A stretch of DNA of 61,894 nucleotides, the filler included. It is 12 parts of 12 records of this genome, joined end to end, with 100 filler letters (N's around TTAATTAATTAA, not from the genome) between each part and the next. Parts side by side here need not be neighbours in the genome. Positions count along the whole stretch, not along the records: positions 1 to 4,171 come from SRR15195285_8618; positions 4,272 to 8,588 come from SRR15195285_8623; positions 8,689 to 12,870 come from SRR15195285_8627; 9 more parts are not named here. One strand, 5' to 3'. Below the pieces are notes generated by a model that saw nothing but the letters and a program-made list of their open reading frames with translations, did not search any database and was not told the origin of the DNA. A program made the translations under genes and the position numbers. Shown here in pieces: positions 1 through 10,908 of this stretch; the stretch's first letter is position 1; each line of letters opens with the position of its first letter.

Positions 1-489
1 ATGACTTCTACTCGAATTCTCACTGATCCCCTTTAGATGGGCTCAAGATCGATTCGAAATGCCAATTCAGAATTTGTGAAGTCAAATGTGATGAAGTCAC
101 ATGCATTGATCTTGACCAGGAAGCCCTCCTGACATGCCTCGGATGCCTCCGACTGCATGGCCTCCTGAGATGCTGTCCAAGACAATCTGGGCACTGCATT
201 ACAATTCATGGATCTCAGGGCACAGGGGTCTGAGGTCCATGAATTGCCTGAGGAGTTGTGTATCATAGCCGCAAGGCTCATTTTTGGGCATAGGTCGCAG
301 CTATGGTGCACGTCCCAAGGTAGTGTATCGGGGAAAGACAACGGGAGGAGGGGGCCCCAATAGCAAACGCACACCATGGTGCCAAGCTAGTGTTAATCAC
401 ACGGCATAAGGCCCTTGTGCCTCGTGGTATGGCCACTGCGTACGTCTTTGGTCCACCCACATTAGACTAATCTCACGACACCCTCACTA

Positions 490-3400
490 TCACTCGCGGA
501 GCGTCGGCAAAGATGTTGCCTTCGCTAGTTCCGCCGAGGCTGCTCGGCCGCGATTCACCTGGGCTGCCAATCTGTCGGCCGTGCGCTCTCTGGGTTGCGT
601 TTGACTTTTGCCTCGTCGCCGTTGGGGTGACGCTCGCTTGGTTGTGCGATCGAACGAATGCTCTACGCTTCGTATCGGCCGCAATGGCCCTTCCGGTGTC
701 TTCGTAGTACTTTTGCCGCCAGCATCATCCGTTTCACCGACAACGAGCTCGTCCAAACCAGCGTCTGCAGTTGAGTAAAGCACATAAAGACATCAATCAC
801 CCACAAGTCAGTCACTAGGCCTGCCAGCAGCAACAGAACGCCGCAGCAGCAACAAACGCCCACGCCTGCAGCAACCGAGGACGAGAGAATCAAAGTCAAG
901 TGAACCCACAGGCAGTCCACGTCTCGTAGGCTGGCGCTTCCATGATGGAGGACGCGTTGCTTGCGCCCAGCTGCAATCCAGACCCTGCAAAACACAAGTG
1001 CCCCAAACATGAACTTCAGAAATTATACCACCCGAAACACAGCAGTAGGAAGTCGGGAACGCAGCTTCCACTACTACTCGAATGCTATAAACAGCTAGAG
1101 CTTCCTCGCGCGTATTGGGCGCACCCATCTCAGAAATGGCACTACGCGAAGGTCGGATTAGCACGGAAGGTACATCCTTTTCGACAGAATCATCGTCATA
1201 CCTGTTGTGCTCAACCACAATCACAGCACATAAAAATGCATGGACATCGGGTAGAATGATCAATTAGTTCTGCAAGATCAGTGTGAGAAACGTCTAAAGA
1301 AAGGTGTGATGTGTGCTCTGCGCACTTGATAGTATACTGGTTGTGAGAGTCAACCGACGCAACAACTCCACTGCGCAACATAGCATTATGAAGAGACAAT
1401 TGCAAAAAATGGTGCAGACCAATCGTACAGTTCCGTTCTTAGCCTCTGTTCGTTGTGCGTGCGTGCCCTTGCGTGCCCCTTGCGCGCTTAGCTGGACAGT
1501 CAACCTACCTGTACCAGTTGCCGAAGGAGTTCCAGTCCGCTTCAATTCGTTCACCCACCGCGAATGTTCGTTCTGCGAGCTGCGTACGTGTCGACAACAA
1601 CGATGCCACAATGCATTTGTACAGTACATTTGTCAATCATGTCAACCCACAATAGCACAAACACATTCTGATCTCCCCGAAGATGCGAACGCAGAAGAAT
1701 GCTGCATACCTTCTCAGGAAAATGATCCTTGAGGAATCTTTCGTCTGTGAGCAGACGTAGCGTTCGTGGTGTCGGAAGTGAGGTGGCCACCGCCGACTCA
1801 TTTACGTCATCGTCGTCTGACCTGGACGTACAGGGCACCCATCGAGAAAGGGGTTGAGGGTAGGCTGTGGTGTTGCTCACGGTTTATGAAAAGCATTTGA
1901 AGCACAGGACCGCGATCTAGCGCACAGACTGCCGAGCACCAAAGCACTGAACACACTCACCCTTCCCCCATCTTGCTTTCTGGGATTGGGATAGATAAGC
2001 TACTACCAAGGCCGATGTCATCTCCACTGGAAGGCGACTCGCTGTGGAACGAGTCTCGTTGTGCAAGCGGAGAGTAACCGCCGTCGCGAACATTACTGTT
2101 AGAAGGGGATTCATTGCTGGTTGTCACTGCGCATTCCATACAGATAATTTCTCATCAGTGTTCGGGCGTAGCTACAGGCAACAAAGACTATCCTCGCCAT
2201 ACCAACGAATGGGTGCCACACTCACGCAGTTTGTCCTTCAGGGAGTTGCGCACCAAGCCCCGACCCTTCGCAGCGGCGCGGCGGCGCATGGACGCGCCAG
2301 GCGAGGTGCCCTGCTCCGACTGAGTGCGGAATTTTGGCGCGGCGAGCACGTTGTTTGTCTGCATGAATTTTGCACGTTGGCAGCGTTCGAGCTCGAATGA
2401 AGCAGTGGTAGTCTTTCGCTTGGACGGCGCAGGCATCGCCGAGATCAATGTCATTCTTGTGGAGCCATAGCGCTGTCGCCGTGCAGCACCAAGATCATCA
2501 TTCATTCCTTGCGAGCGCGCGATACTCTCGGAGCGTGAGCGAGCCCGACTTTTCGCCGTCATGTTGTCGTCATCTTGAAGCAGCGGTTGTAACATTCCCA
2601 CCGGTGCCGGCGGCAGATCGTTGCTGTCTGGTTCAAGCAACGGCAGGAGCAGCACGTTTGGCTGCATCATAATACCAACACCCATGAAAAGGAGGTTCCT
2701 TGCCCAACACGGCCAGTACCCACTGCCACTCACGGGCATGCCTGCCGATGATCCTGGATACTCGTTGGGCTCGTGTGAGCAATCGACCCAGCCGGGGAAA
2801 AGCAGCGTGTCGTAGGTCTCCCAGAGACCAATGTTGTGAACTGCTCCTGCGAGTATTGCGAGAATCGAGCGCAAAATTAGTTCAGCTTGCTTTTGCTTCT
2901 CGTCGAGCTCCGTTGGCGGGGTGCTCGTCTTTGCTGAGGCTTCCTCGTCATCTTCCGGTGTGCTGATGAAAGACTCTGTGGCGTTGAGTAGCATATGGCC
3001 TATTGCCATGAGGAAGAAATTCTTCCACCAGTTGGCGGACTGATCTGCGCACCCTGAACCATCCAGGCATATTACCCAGTAAAGCGAACAAACGCCATAC
3101 CAAAGTAGCACTTGAGCCGAAATGGCAAACAATGTGCGAATGGACTCCCGCATGTGCTCTGTCCATGATGAGCTCCACGTGACCTCGTCGCGCGCAGACT
3201 CTACACCAGACGACTCGAAGAGCGTCCCCGTGGCCAGCATCATCGCGAAACCCAACACAATGAAACAGGCGTAAGCGTACGTGGAGTTTAGAATCGCCTT
3301 CGGGACATAATCGTCCACGATGTTGAAAATTCCGACCCAGAACAACGTCGAGCAGAGCAACGTGAGCAGCGTCGTGATCACGTATAGTAGCTTGCCCAGC

Positions 3401-3999
3401 AGGGAGGTGGATCGGATCGCCGGGGGGCGCCAGCGCCCACACAGTAGGCCCTGTTCGTCATACCAAATTGAGCCAGGCAACCCACCCTCCTCATACCACC
3501 GGTCTAAACCAACCAATCCGCCAATGCCTACAACTGTCATCAGGATATCCCGCAAGTGGTTTTCTAGGATGCCAGCAGCCACCACCATGTCGACATCCAC
3601 CGCTTCCCATGCCCCAAGCCAGAAAAGCTGGCCACCGTAGAGCGAGAAACTAGCAACCACGTACGGCTGCATGGTCTGCCACCGTGATGGTTTCTGCTGT
3701 GTGGGATCCTTCTCCTGACGAAAGTTGTTTGGCTTCTTCCCTTCTTTCTGTGTTTGCGGCAGTAGATTGTGTTGGTGTGGCTCCACACGATTGCGAGCGC
3801 CTGAGGAGAAACTCGAGCGTTTCTCAGCTCGAGACTCTGCACCCGGGAATGGCTCGATCCTGGGGAGAGGCTCGCTACCAGGGAACGGTTCCCGCGTAGC
3901 ACCGCCGGGAAACGGCTCGGATGACCCATTCCGCGGCTGCGCTGGCGCTCGCAGCGACTCTTTGCGGTGCGGCAGCTCCCTCGAAGTCTGGAGCGACAT
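490..3999 (-). CDS. Fuseless-like multi-pass membrane protein with C-terminal Tudor domain (8 exons, ~864 aa)
   Basis: Exons 3999-2226, 2126-1961, 1821-1710, 1579-1509, 1370-1326, 1201-1125, 984-910, 764-490. All introns are GT-AG and phase-consistent; the exons total 2595 nt. Four W/N-x-G-hydrophobic helix-pair repeats (LFWLGAWEAVD, LFWVGIFNIVD, LLWYGVCSLYW, HNIGLWETYD) resemble Fuseless. The spliced FAVGERIEADWNSFGNWYSGVVASVDSHNQYTIKYDDDSVEKDVPSVLIR fits a Tudor fold. The last two exons are the least certain. Confidence 0.7.
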
Positions 4000-4171
4000 G
4001 CACTACGGTACCTGTCCAGTGCAGCCGCCCGAGGCGCCGGTCACCTCGCTCGCGAACGATCTATCGAGGGAGCAGATAGCATACGCAGTGCATGTCGCGA
4101 CCGCCGGCGCGCGGCGGCATCGCAGGCAGTGTCGCGCGCGACCGCCGTCGGCGGCGCGGCGGCGGCGCGCG

Positions 4172-4271
4172 NNNNNNNNNNNNNNNNNNNNNNNNNNNNN
4201 NNNNNNNNNNNNNNNTTAATTAATTAANNNNNNNNNNNNNNNNNNNNNNNNNNNNNNNNNNNNNNNNNNNN
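4172..4271. other. Artificial contig linker
   Basis: 44 N + TTAATTAATTAA (stops in all six frames) + 44 N. Confidence 0.97.
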
Positions 4272-4497
4272 GGCTCCATTTAGAGTCTAAGTACGAGTGT
4301 TCCAACTCTGCGGCATGATATCGAGGATTCAGGATAATCTTCCGCGTGATCGATTGCCAGCCTTCCGCGAAGGGGGGAGGCTCTGCGAGGCTGGGAGGGA
4401 GCAGGGACGAAGAGGCGTGGGCAGGGCGGGTGTTGCTGGCTGACAACCTCAGCACTGGGCAGGGCGGGTGTTGCTCGCGTGAGGTTGTCAGCACGCG

Positions 4498-5514
4498 ATG
4501 CAGGACGGCGTGCAGCAGCCGGCGGCAGCGCCAGCGTCGAGCGAGAAGGGGCTGGCGGCGGTGGTGTCGCAGAAGATCCAAGCGGTCAAGGAACAGCCGC
4601 GGGTGCAGCAGGCCTTGCACAGCGCCGCCTGCACTCGTTTCAATTCCTGGTGGTCGGTGGAGAAGCATCGGGTCGCGCTGGCGAGATGTCTGATCTCGAC
4701 GTACTTCTTTAACGTCTGGGTCAGTGCACTGCAAATGTGGTGGATCGGTCGGGCGGGCTTTCCAATTCTCACGCTCGGGCTTGTGGTGCCCGCGGTGTTA
4801 CTCGTGGCGAATCAGTGGATGCACGTCACAGGCTGGGTGCTTCTGGCGGAAGTCGCGAAAGACTGCACATCGTTGCTCTGGGGAGTGTTTCTGACGTGGC
4901 TGTACCGTGGAACGTTCTACCTGAACGAACTCATGGTCAAGAAGCTGTCGATGCTCGGCGTGACCCTGCTGGTCATTTATCAACACTACAGCAGCGTCGG
5001 ACAGAAGAACCCGCTGGCCGGTCTGATTGGCCCAGATTCGAACAAAACTCCAACCAACAAAGAGTCGGTAGCGTTGCTCGTCAGCCGGCTCCTGCTCACG
5101 TCGCTATTCATCTGGGCAGGGCAGGCGGAGATAAGAAGACAACTAGCCAGTGTGCACGACGACGGCCAAGGTCACCAGGTCCATGACCGTCCAGCCGGTG
5201 ACGGGCACGATCAGCTGTGGGCGAAGGCGGCCCAATTTCTTTGTTCCTTGCCGCTCTGTCTAGGCTTCAAGACAAGGATCTTCTGCTCAACGCTCGCGAC
5301 CGTCTGCTTGCTCGAGGCACTCATTCAGTGGTCAGGTTTGCACTGGTATGGGTCGGGTTGGCTGTATGATTGGGCTGGGTTCGGGGCGTTCTACAAGATG
5401 CATGCCAGAGAACATTTCGTGGTGAACGTGGGAGTTGCAGGCGGATTGATGCTGCTTTGGATACATGGCGCTGGCAAGTATTCAATGGACGAATACCTCA
5501 AAAAGACCGATTGA
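4498..5514 (+). CDS. SURF4: SURF4/Erv29-like (DoxX clan) ER cargo receptor membrane protein
   Basis: 338-aa multi-TM ORF. The C-terminus HFVVNVGVAGGLMLLWIHGAGKYSMDEYLKKTD matches the SURF4 GG-L-LL...G-x-G..S-x-DE pattern and ends in a KKxx ER-retrieval signal. Confidence 0.75.
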   Translation: MQDGVQQPAAAPASSEKGLAAVVSQKIQAVKEQPRVQQALHSAACTRFNSWWSVEKHRVALARCLISTYFFNVWVSALQMWWIGRAGFPILTLGLVVPAVLLVANQWMHVTGWVLLAEVAKDCTSLLWGVFLTWLYRGTFYLNELMVKKLSMLGVTLLVIYQHYSSVGQKNPLAGLIGPDSNKTPTNKESVALLVSRLLLTSLFIWAGQAEIRRQLASVHDDGQGHQVHDRPAGDGHDQLWAKAAQFLCSLPLCLGFKTRIFCSTLATVCLLEALIQWSGLHWYGSGWLYDWAGFGAFYKMHAREHFVVNVGVAGGLMLLWIHGAGKYSMDEYLKKTD

Positions 5515-5637
5515 GTTAGTACCGGCTGAATGGCCGCCCGTGGCCGCGCTATAAATGAAACAAATTGATTGCTCGCATTCCTGTCAGCAGGGGTTGCCCA
5601 TTGCCCGCATTGAGAACCGAGCCTCCTGCCCGTGAGA

Positions 5638-8183
5638 TCAGCCAGCGACGTGCTGGAGCCCTTCGGCCAGTGATATGATGCCATGTCCCTCCGCCAGCGC
5701 GGTCTTCGCTAGCCGACAAGCCTCATCGAGAGACAGCTCTCCCCACTTGTCAACCTTGGGGAACATGATCGGAGCAATCAAGCCACCAGTCTGTTGTACA
5801 CTGTAGTCGTTTGGCGGGGTGACCGGGGGATCGAACTGGACCGGCTCAAGGGCATCATGCAGCGTTGACGGAGTCAAAAACTTGTCAGCACGTGCCCAAC
5901 TGTCGTCAATCTTCTTCTTGGGCGGGGTGTCCATTAGGGTCATGCAGAAGAAATCTGGAAACAACGTAGCGGCCTCCGGATGCACATCGGCATCATCGCG
6001 GAGGGCGGTGATGGTCGTGTATCGTACCACCCACTGCACAGCCGATCGCTGCATGGGGTCTTGGGGAACGTTGCACCACCAGTAAGCCCCCCCGAAAGGT
6101 ACTCTAGAATACATGGACCACTTGTCTAGGTACGCGCTGCATTCTGCTGTGCCTCGCTCACGCTGTATCTTCCACGGGAAGTTGCAATCACCATGCGCGG
6201 AATCTTCCCTGCAAAGAATCATTTCGTCCTTGTTTTTGTAGTACGTAAAGCCGTGATGCAAACCTGCCTGGAAGTAGACCCCGTCTACCCACGCGATGCC
6301 AGTGCCAGAGACGAGTACTGCCTTGGGTTTGTCCCCATTCTGCATGAGCATGCGCGTGAGGCGTCGTGGGTCCTGCCATGCATCCAGTATTGCATCGACG
6401 ATGGCTACTTTGGGTTGATCGAGGTCGTAATACTCTTCCAGCGTGTCTTCCTTGATTCCGGCAGAGATCGCACGCTTGCGAAGCTCAGACATCTTCAGTA
6501 CCTGTAAGGTCTCGCGCACTGGTCTGTGCTCCTCCTCAGCTGCGCGGACAGACTCGGCGTCCGCTATACGTTTGTCCGCGGTCTCTTTGCAGGTTCTCGC
6601 TGTTTGCCGTGCATTGACCACCTCAAGCTTTCTCTCGCGCAGCTCATGCACTGTGCACTCCTCTTCCTCGCCTCGGACTCCCCACCCCAAGAAAGCATGC
6701 AACTCGACTGCAGTGGGATGCTTCTTAAGGACTTCGGACAACGCCTCAGATACCTTCAGCAATCTCCGCCTCTCATTGTCGCTTTCCGATGGCTCCAAAG
6801 GCTTCAGGGAGTCTGTACCAGGATCGCCGTTCGTGCGGATGGCATCGACGAGGTTGTGGACCTGCTGCCACGTCCGCTCAATCGTGTGGCGAGCCCCTTC
6901 GTTATCGTTGCCTACAAGTGTGATCGTGTATCGTCGTTGTGGCAGGGCGGCGCCTCCGCTGCCTAGCTCGACAACGTCCAACACAGCTTTCGACAGTGAC
7001 TCAAAGGTTCCGAACGGCATTGGTGGTGCTCGCGTGAGAATATCCTCTGGATCGGTGTCCATCCAAGACAAGTCATCGGACAGGAACGGACCAAGTTGTG
7101 AACTACTGCCATTGCTGTACTGCTTGAAAACGCCGCCCGTCTTCGGTGGTTGATCTGGTGGCGGGAGTGATTGTTCTACTGGCGTCCACGCCGACTTTGC
7201 TCTGACTTCAAATTTGATTTGTCCGTCGACTGAGGTGCCAACGGTGCGGCCGTCAGCGGTACGCACTTGCGTGATATGCGGGGGCAGCGTGGTGGGATCC
7301 AGTGGGAAGATTTTGAGGCCGCTACCGGGTAACTCTACCGGCCCACTGCCCAGCCCCATGACTGGAATGGGTGCGCGGTGAACCTCATCTGAACCGGCGA
7401 CGTTAAACTCAATACCTGTCAGGGCCACGTCCCCTGCCGGTGTAGACGGTACGGAATACTCTGCACCGTCAATTGTTAGTTTGGTCATCCGACTTTCCCG
7501 AGCCGCGTTTGCTGCCAACTGAGCAGCGTCCGCAGGGGTCCCCGATGTACCGCCGCTTTTGACCACCTGGGTTGCAGGCGTCTTGCTTTGCGTGATTGTG
7601 AGCGCGTGTGTTACCCACGTGCTATCCTTTGCCCAGTGCCAGTGGCTCGGGCCGGTGCGCAAGTCATCGTTTTCAAAATAGGCGCTGCATATCTGCTTGT
7701 CCGGTGTGAAGCGGCTGCGAAGGAGCCACTGGCTCTTCCCGTCCGGTGCCCAGTAGATGTGCTGTGTAGACCCAGAGCCATGCTTCGACCAGTGCGGCTT
7801 GCCATTTGCTTGACCCTGGCACCGCAGCAGGTGCGAACTTTGGTAAATGTCCCCCGCCGCCCCCGACTAGCAAGCGGCAGCGAGCAGTGGGCAGGGGGAG
7901 CGCGCACCGCGTAATGGTAGCAGCCATCAAAAGTCGGGATGTATGCTTGATAGACCAAAATGTCGCGCGGCTCCACCTTCGGGTGCCCGCTCGGCGACGC
8001 GCGAAGCGTCGGCGCCGCCGTTCCGACCAGGCTGACCGCCGACTTGGCAGAGCCCTGGGCCGCAGACGCCGCGCTCCCCACCCCGCCCCCGCCCCCGCCC
8101 CCTCCTCCTCCTCCTCCTCCTCCTGCCCCTCCCCCTTTGCCCTTCTTCGCGCCCCCCTTGCTCTTCTTCTTCTTCTTCGGCAT
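5638..8183 (-). CDS. Uncharacterised multidomain protein (poly-Lys/Gly N-terminus, PX-like segment, HeH/SAP-like helix module), ~834 aa
   Basis: Exons 8183-7908 and 7866-5638, joined by a 41-nt GTGCGC...CTAG intron (7867-7907) that reconciles the two ORF frames. Segments RRYTITL...IERTWQQVHNL...ERRRLL...ELHAFLG (PX-like) and LKMSELRKRAISAGI...D.DQPKVAIVDAIL. Confidence 0.65.
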
Positions 8184-8588
8184 CGGACAGGCCCGCCAGC
8201 CCCTCGCTCACCCCGCCCCCCGCAGCGCTGCCAAGCCAAGCCGAAGGCGATCGCAAAACTGTCCGATTCCCTTTTCAGGTTTTGCGTGCGGTCTGTATTG
8301 GAAAATACTACCATTCTGGGTTGGTTCATGGAACCTTGAGGATTCTCAACTCGTCGTACAGTAGCCGCTCTGCCGGGAATACGCCATGCATTATTGTCTG
8401 CACGAAAATTGCGAATTGGCGCCACGGCGAATTCCGGACGCTGGACCGCCAGATCGTCACAGGCTGGGTCAGGATCCTCAGGATTCAATCCACACACCAC
8501 AGGGGGGGGCCCGGCTACATGTGCTAGCACATGTACAATCCGGAATGCTGGTGTGCGAAAGAAAACCAGCGGCTCGGGGCGGTCCGCG

Positions 8589-8688
8589 NNNNNNNNNNNN
8601 NNNNNNNNNNNNNNNNNNNNNNNNNNNNNNNNTTAATTAATTAANNNNNNNNNNNNNNNNNNNNNNNNNNNNNNNNNNNNNNNNNNNN
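8589..8688. other. Artificial contig linker
   Basis: 44 N + TTAATTAATTAA + 44 N. Confidence 0.97.
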
Positions 8689-8786
8689 ATGCATGCGTAG
8701 GCCGGATCGTTGCTGTGGCGCCCTGGCGGGTCTGTGTGGTTGGTCCATCGTCTCTTCGCGTTGCGAGCGCGCGCGCGAGCGCCGCC

Positions 8787-10692
8787 ATGCCAGTGGGCGC
8801 TGCTGCTCGCGGACCTCCGATTGGCGCGCTGTGCTGCGACTGGCTGCTCTTCCCGCTTGCTGTCCAGACGGCACGCCAGGCAACGCCAGCCGGCGACAGT
8901 ACGAGAGAGTCTGCTGCACGGCCACTCCTTGTAGGGAGTGGCTCAGACTCTCTCGTACGCCCTGGTGGGTGGCCCGACGGCACAACGGTGCACGCCAGAA
9001 ATGGCAATCTGTACGCCTAGGGCCCAGTTCCATGTTCACTGTCACTGCTTGTACCTGTCTCGGCACACCACCCCAGTGTTGCTCGGTGAACGCCTTCCTA
9101 ATGATCTGCGCCCACCACCAACCGACCACCATGTGACTTCTGTGAACTCGCAGGCCGTGGTGGTGGCTGCTTTTCGCGACGTCCCTGTGCATCCCGATTC
9201 AGATCACATTTGGCATTCTGGGAATCGTTCTCGTTCCCCACGACATTAAAAGCCTGGTCGGTGACGCACACAAAACTCGGTACCTAGGGATTACAGTCAC
9301 GATAATGATGATCGTGCAAATATGCCAGCCAGTCTTCGGTAGCATTTCCGACAAGACGCGCTCTAGATTTGGGCGGCGCCGTCCGTACATCATCCTCGGG
9401 CAGGTAATTTCCACCATAGCCCTCGTGATTATGCGGAGCGCGACGGGTTTCTGGGTCTATTGCTGGGGTTACCAGCTGTATCAGGTGGGCAACTGCGTTG
9501 TGTTTGCAACTTGGTGCGCGATCCAGCCCGGTCTGCACGACAGACAGAGGGGAATTTACGGTGGCTACATCAAGTTGTGTATGGGCATAGGCTTCCTTTT
9601 GGCTGCTCTGCTCGGGTTTGCGGACGGTAAGCAGTATCTGAGCCACGACCAGACGTGGGCAATTCTGATTGGTCTCCAGGTGCCGCTAATGCTCATTGGC
9701 ATCGCCTCTTTTTCGGAGAGTCCCGGATTTTTGAAGCCGGAGCTAGATGCACCAAACGAGGTTGAGGAGGAGGAGTCACTCAGCTTGCCTACGGGTGAAC
9801 CCATCCTCGGCATGTGTTCGAAGATGAAGGTGTTGGCGCTTGACGTGGTTGCGCCGTTTCAACAACCGATGTATCGTTCTCTCTTTGTCTACTGTGAGTT
9901 CCACGCTGGCCACAACAATTGGCTTGCCTTAACATCGCCACGGTGTAGCATTAGGACCAGACTCGCTTGCCGCTGAGATCGTAGAGCAGCGCAATCGTGT
10001 TCCCTGCTCAGAAATGCAGGCCTGATCGATCATTGCAATATGTTGCACCGTTGCTTGCAGACGTGATATGGGGCATCTTCTTCACAATTTTCAACAATTT
10101 CATCCAGTACTACTTGTCCGACGTGATCGGTCCAGACTTTTCGCTTCACCTGCCGGGAATGGACATCCGTGTGGCTAAGAATGCAGAGTCTGCAGTGTCG
10201 TTCTACAACCTGGTTTTCAATCTGGTCACCATTGTTGCATCTCCGCTTGGGGGCTGGCTGGCAGACCGTTACGATCGTTCGCTACTGTGTGGCATAACAC
10301 TGGTCGTCACCGCCGCTGCCACCTTCGTGACTGCGGCTGCGACATCGTACACGCTAGTGCTGTGCATGGCGGTTGTGACAGGCACCGCCAGTGCACTTGG
10401 TGGTGGCGCTACGTACGCATTGACGGCTGATGCGGTTGCCTCTACCGGCGACAGCAGCAATGGTGCACGTGACTTCACGATCTTGCTGACGCTCGGCTCG
10501 AACCTGCCGGGCATCATTGTACCGTCGCTCTTCGGGTTGCTGCTGACCCTGGCGCCTTCTCGCGCAGTGGGCTACCGAGTGTTGTGGGCAATCGCGGGCG
10601 TGTGCTGCCTGATCTCGGCGCCGATCCTGGTCTGCTGTGTCAAGCCGGAGCGAGCAGCGCGCAACGATCACAGAGAACACGAGCGGAGATGA
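8787..10692 (+). CDS. MFS transporter (sucrose/GPH-like, SLC45-type)
   Basis: Core exons 9154-9893 and 10061-10692 (intron 9894-10060, GTGAGT...GCAG). Motifs QPVFGSISDKTRSRFGRRRPY and GGWLADRYDR; about 12 hydrophobic helices. The 5' exon (GCCGCCATG at 8787) is uncertain. Confidence 0.8.
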
Positions 10693-10908
10693 CTCATGCG
10701 CTGTATGGCAAACAGAACATTCATTGGAATCCATTTGAGTCGGAACGGAATGCAAACCCATTTGAGTCGTTCGTGTTCGGAGGACTTGAACCCTTCAACA
10801 CACAGCAGCATGCATCCAATTGGAGCAAGGCCATTCAAATCATCTCTAAGAACAAGTCGACACGATATCACGTGTTCTTCCAGCAGCTCACTGAAGGCGA
10901 CCGCGCTG

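Noticed and set aside
33-377. ORF containing FITFDFTN, reminiscent of RT motif A of Penelope-like elements
   Set aside because: Too short, with no other RT motifs in frame; cannot be supported without a search
4216-4227. TTAATTAATTAA recurring 11 times as a biological repeat or recombination site
   Set aside because: Always centred in exactly 44+44 N; it is a six-frame-stop joining linker
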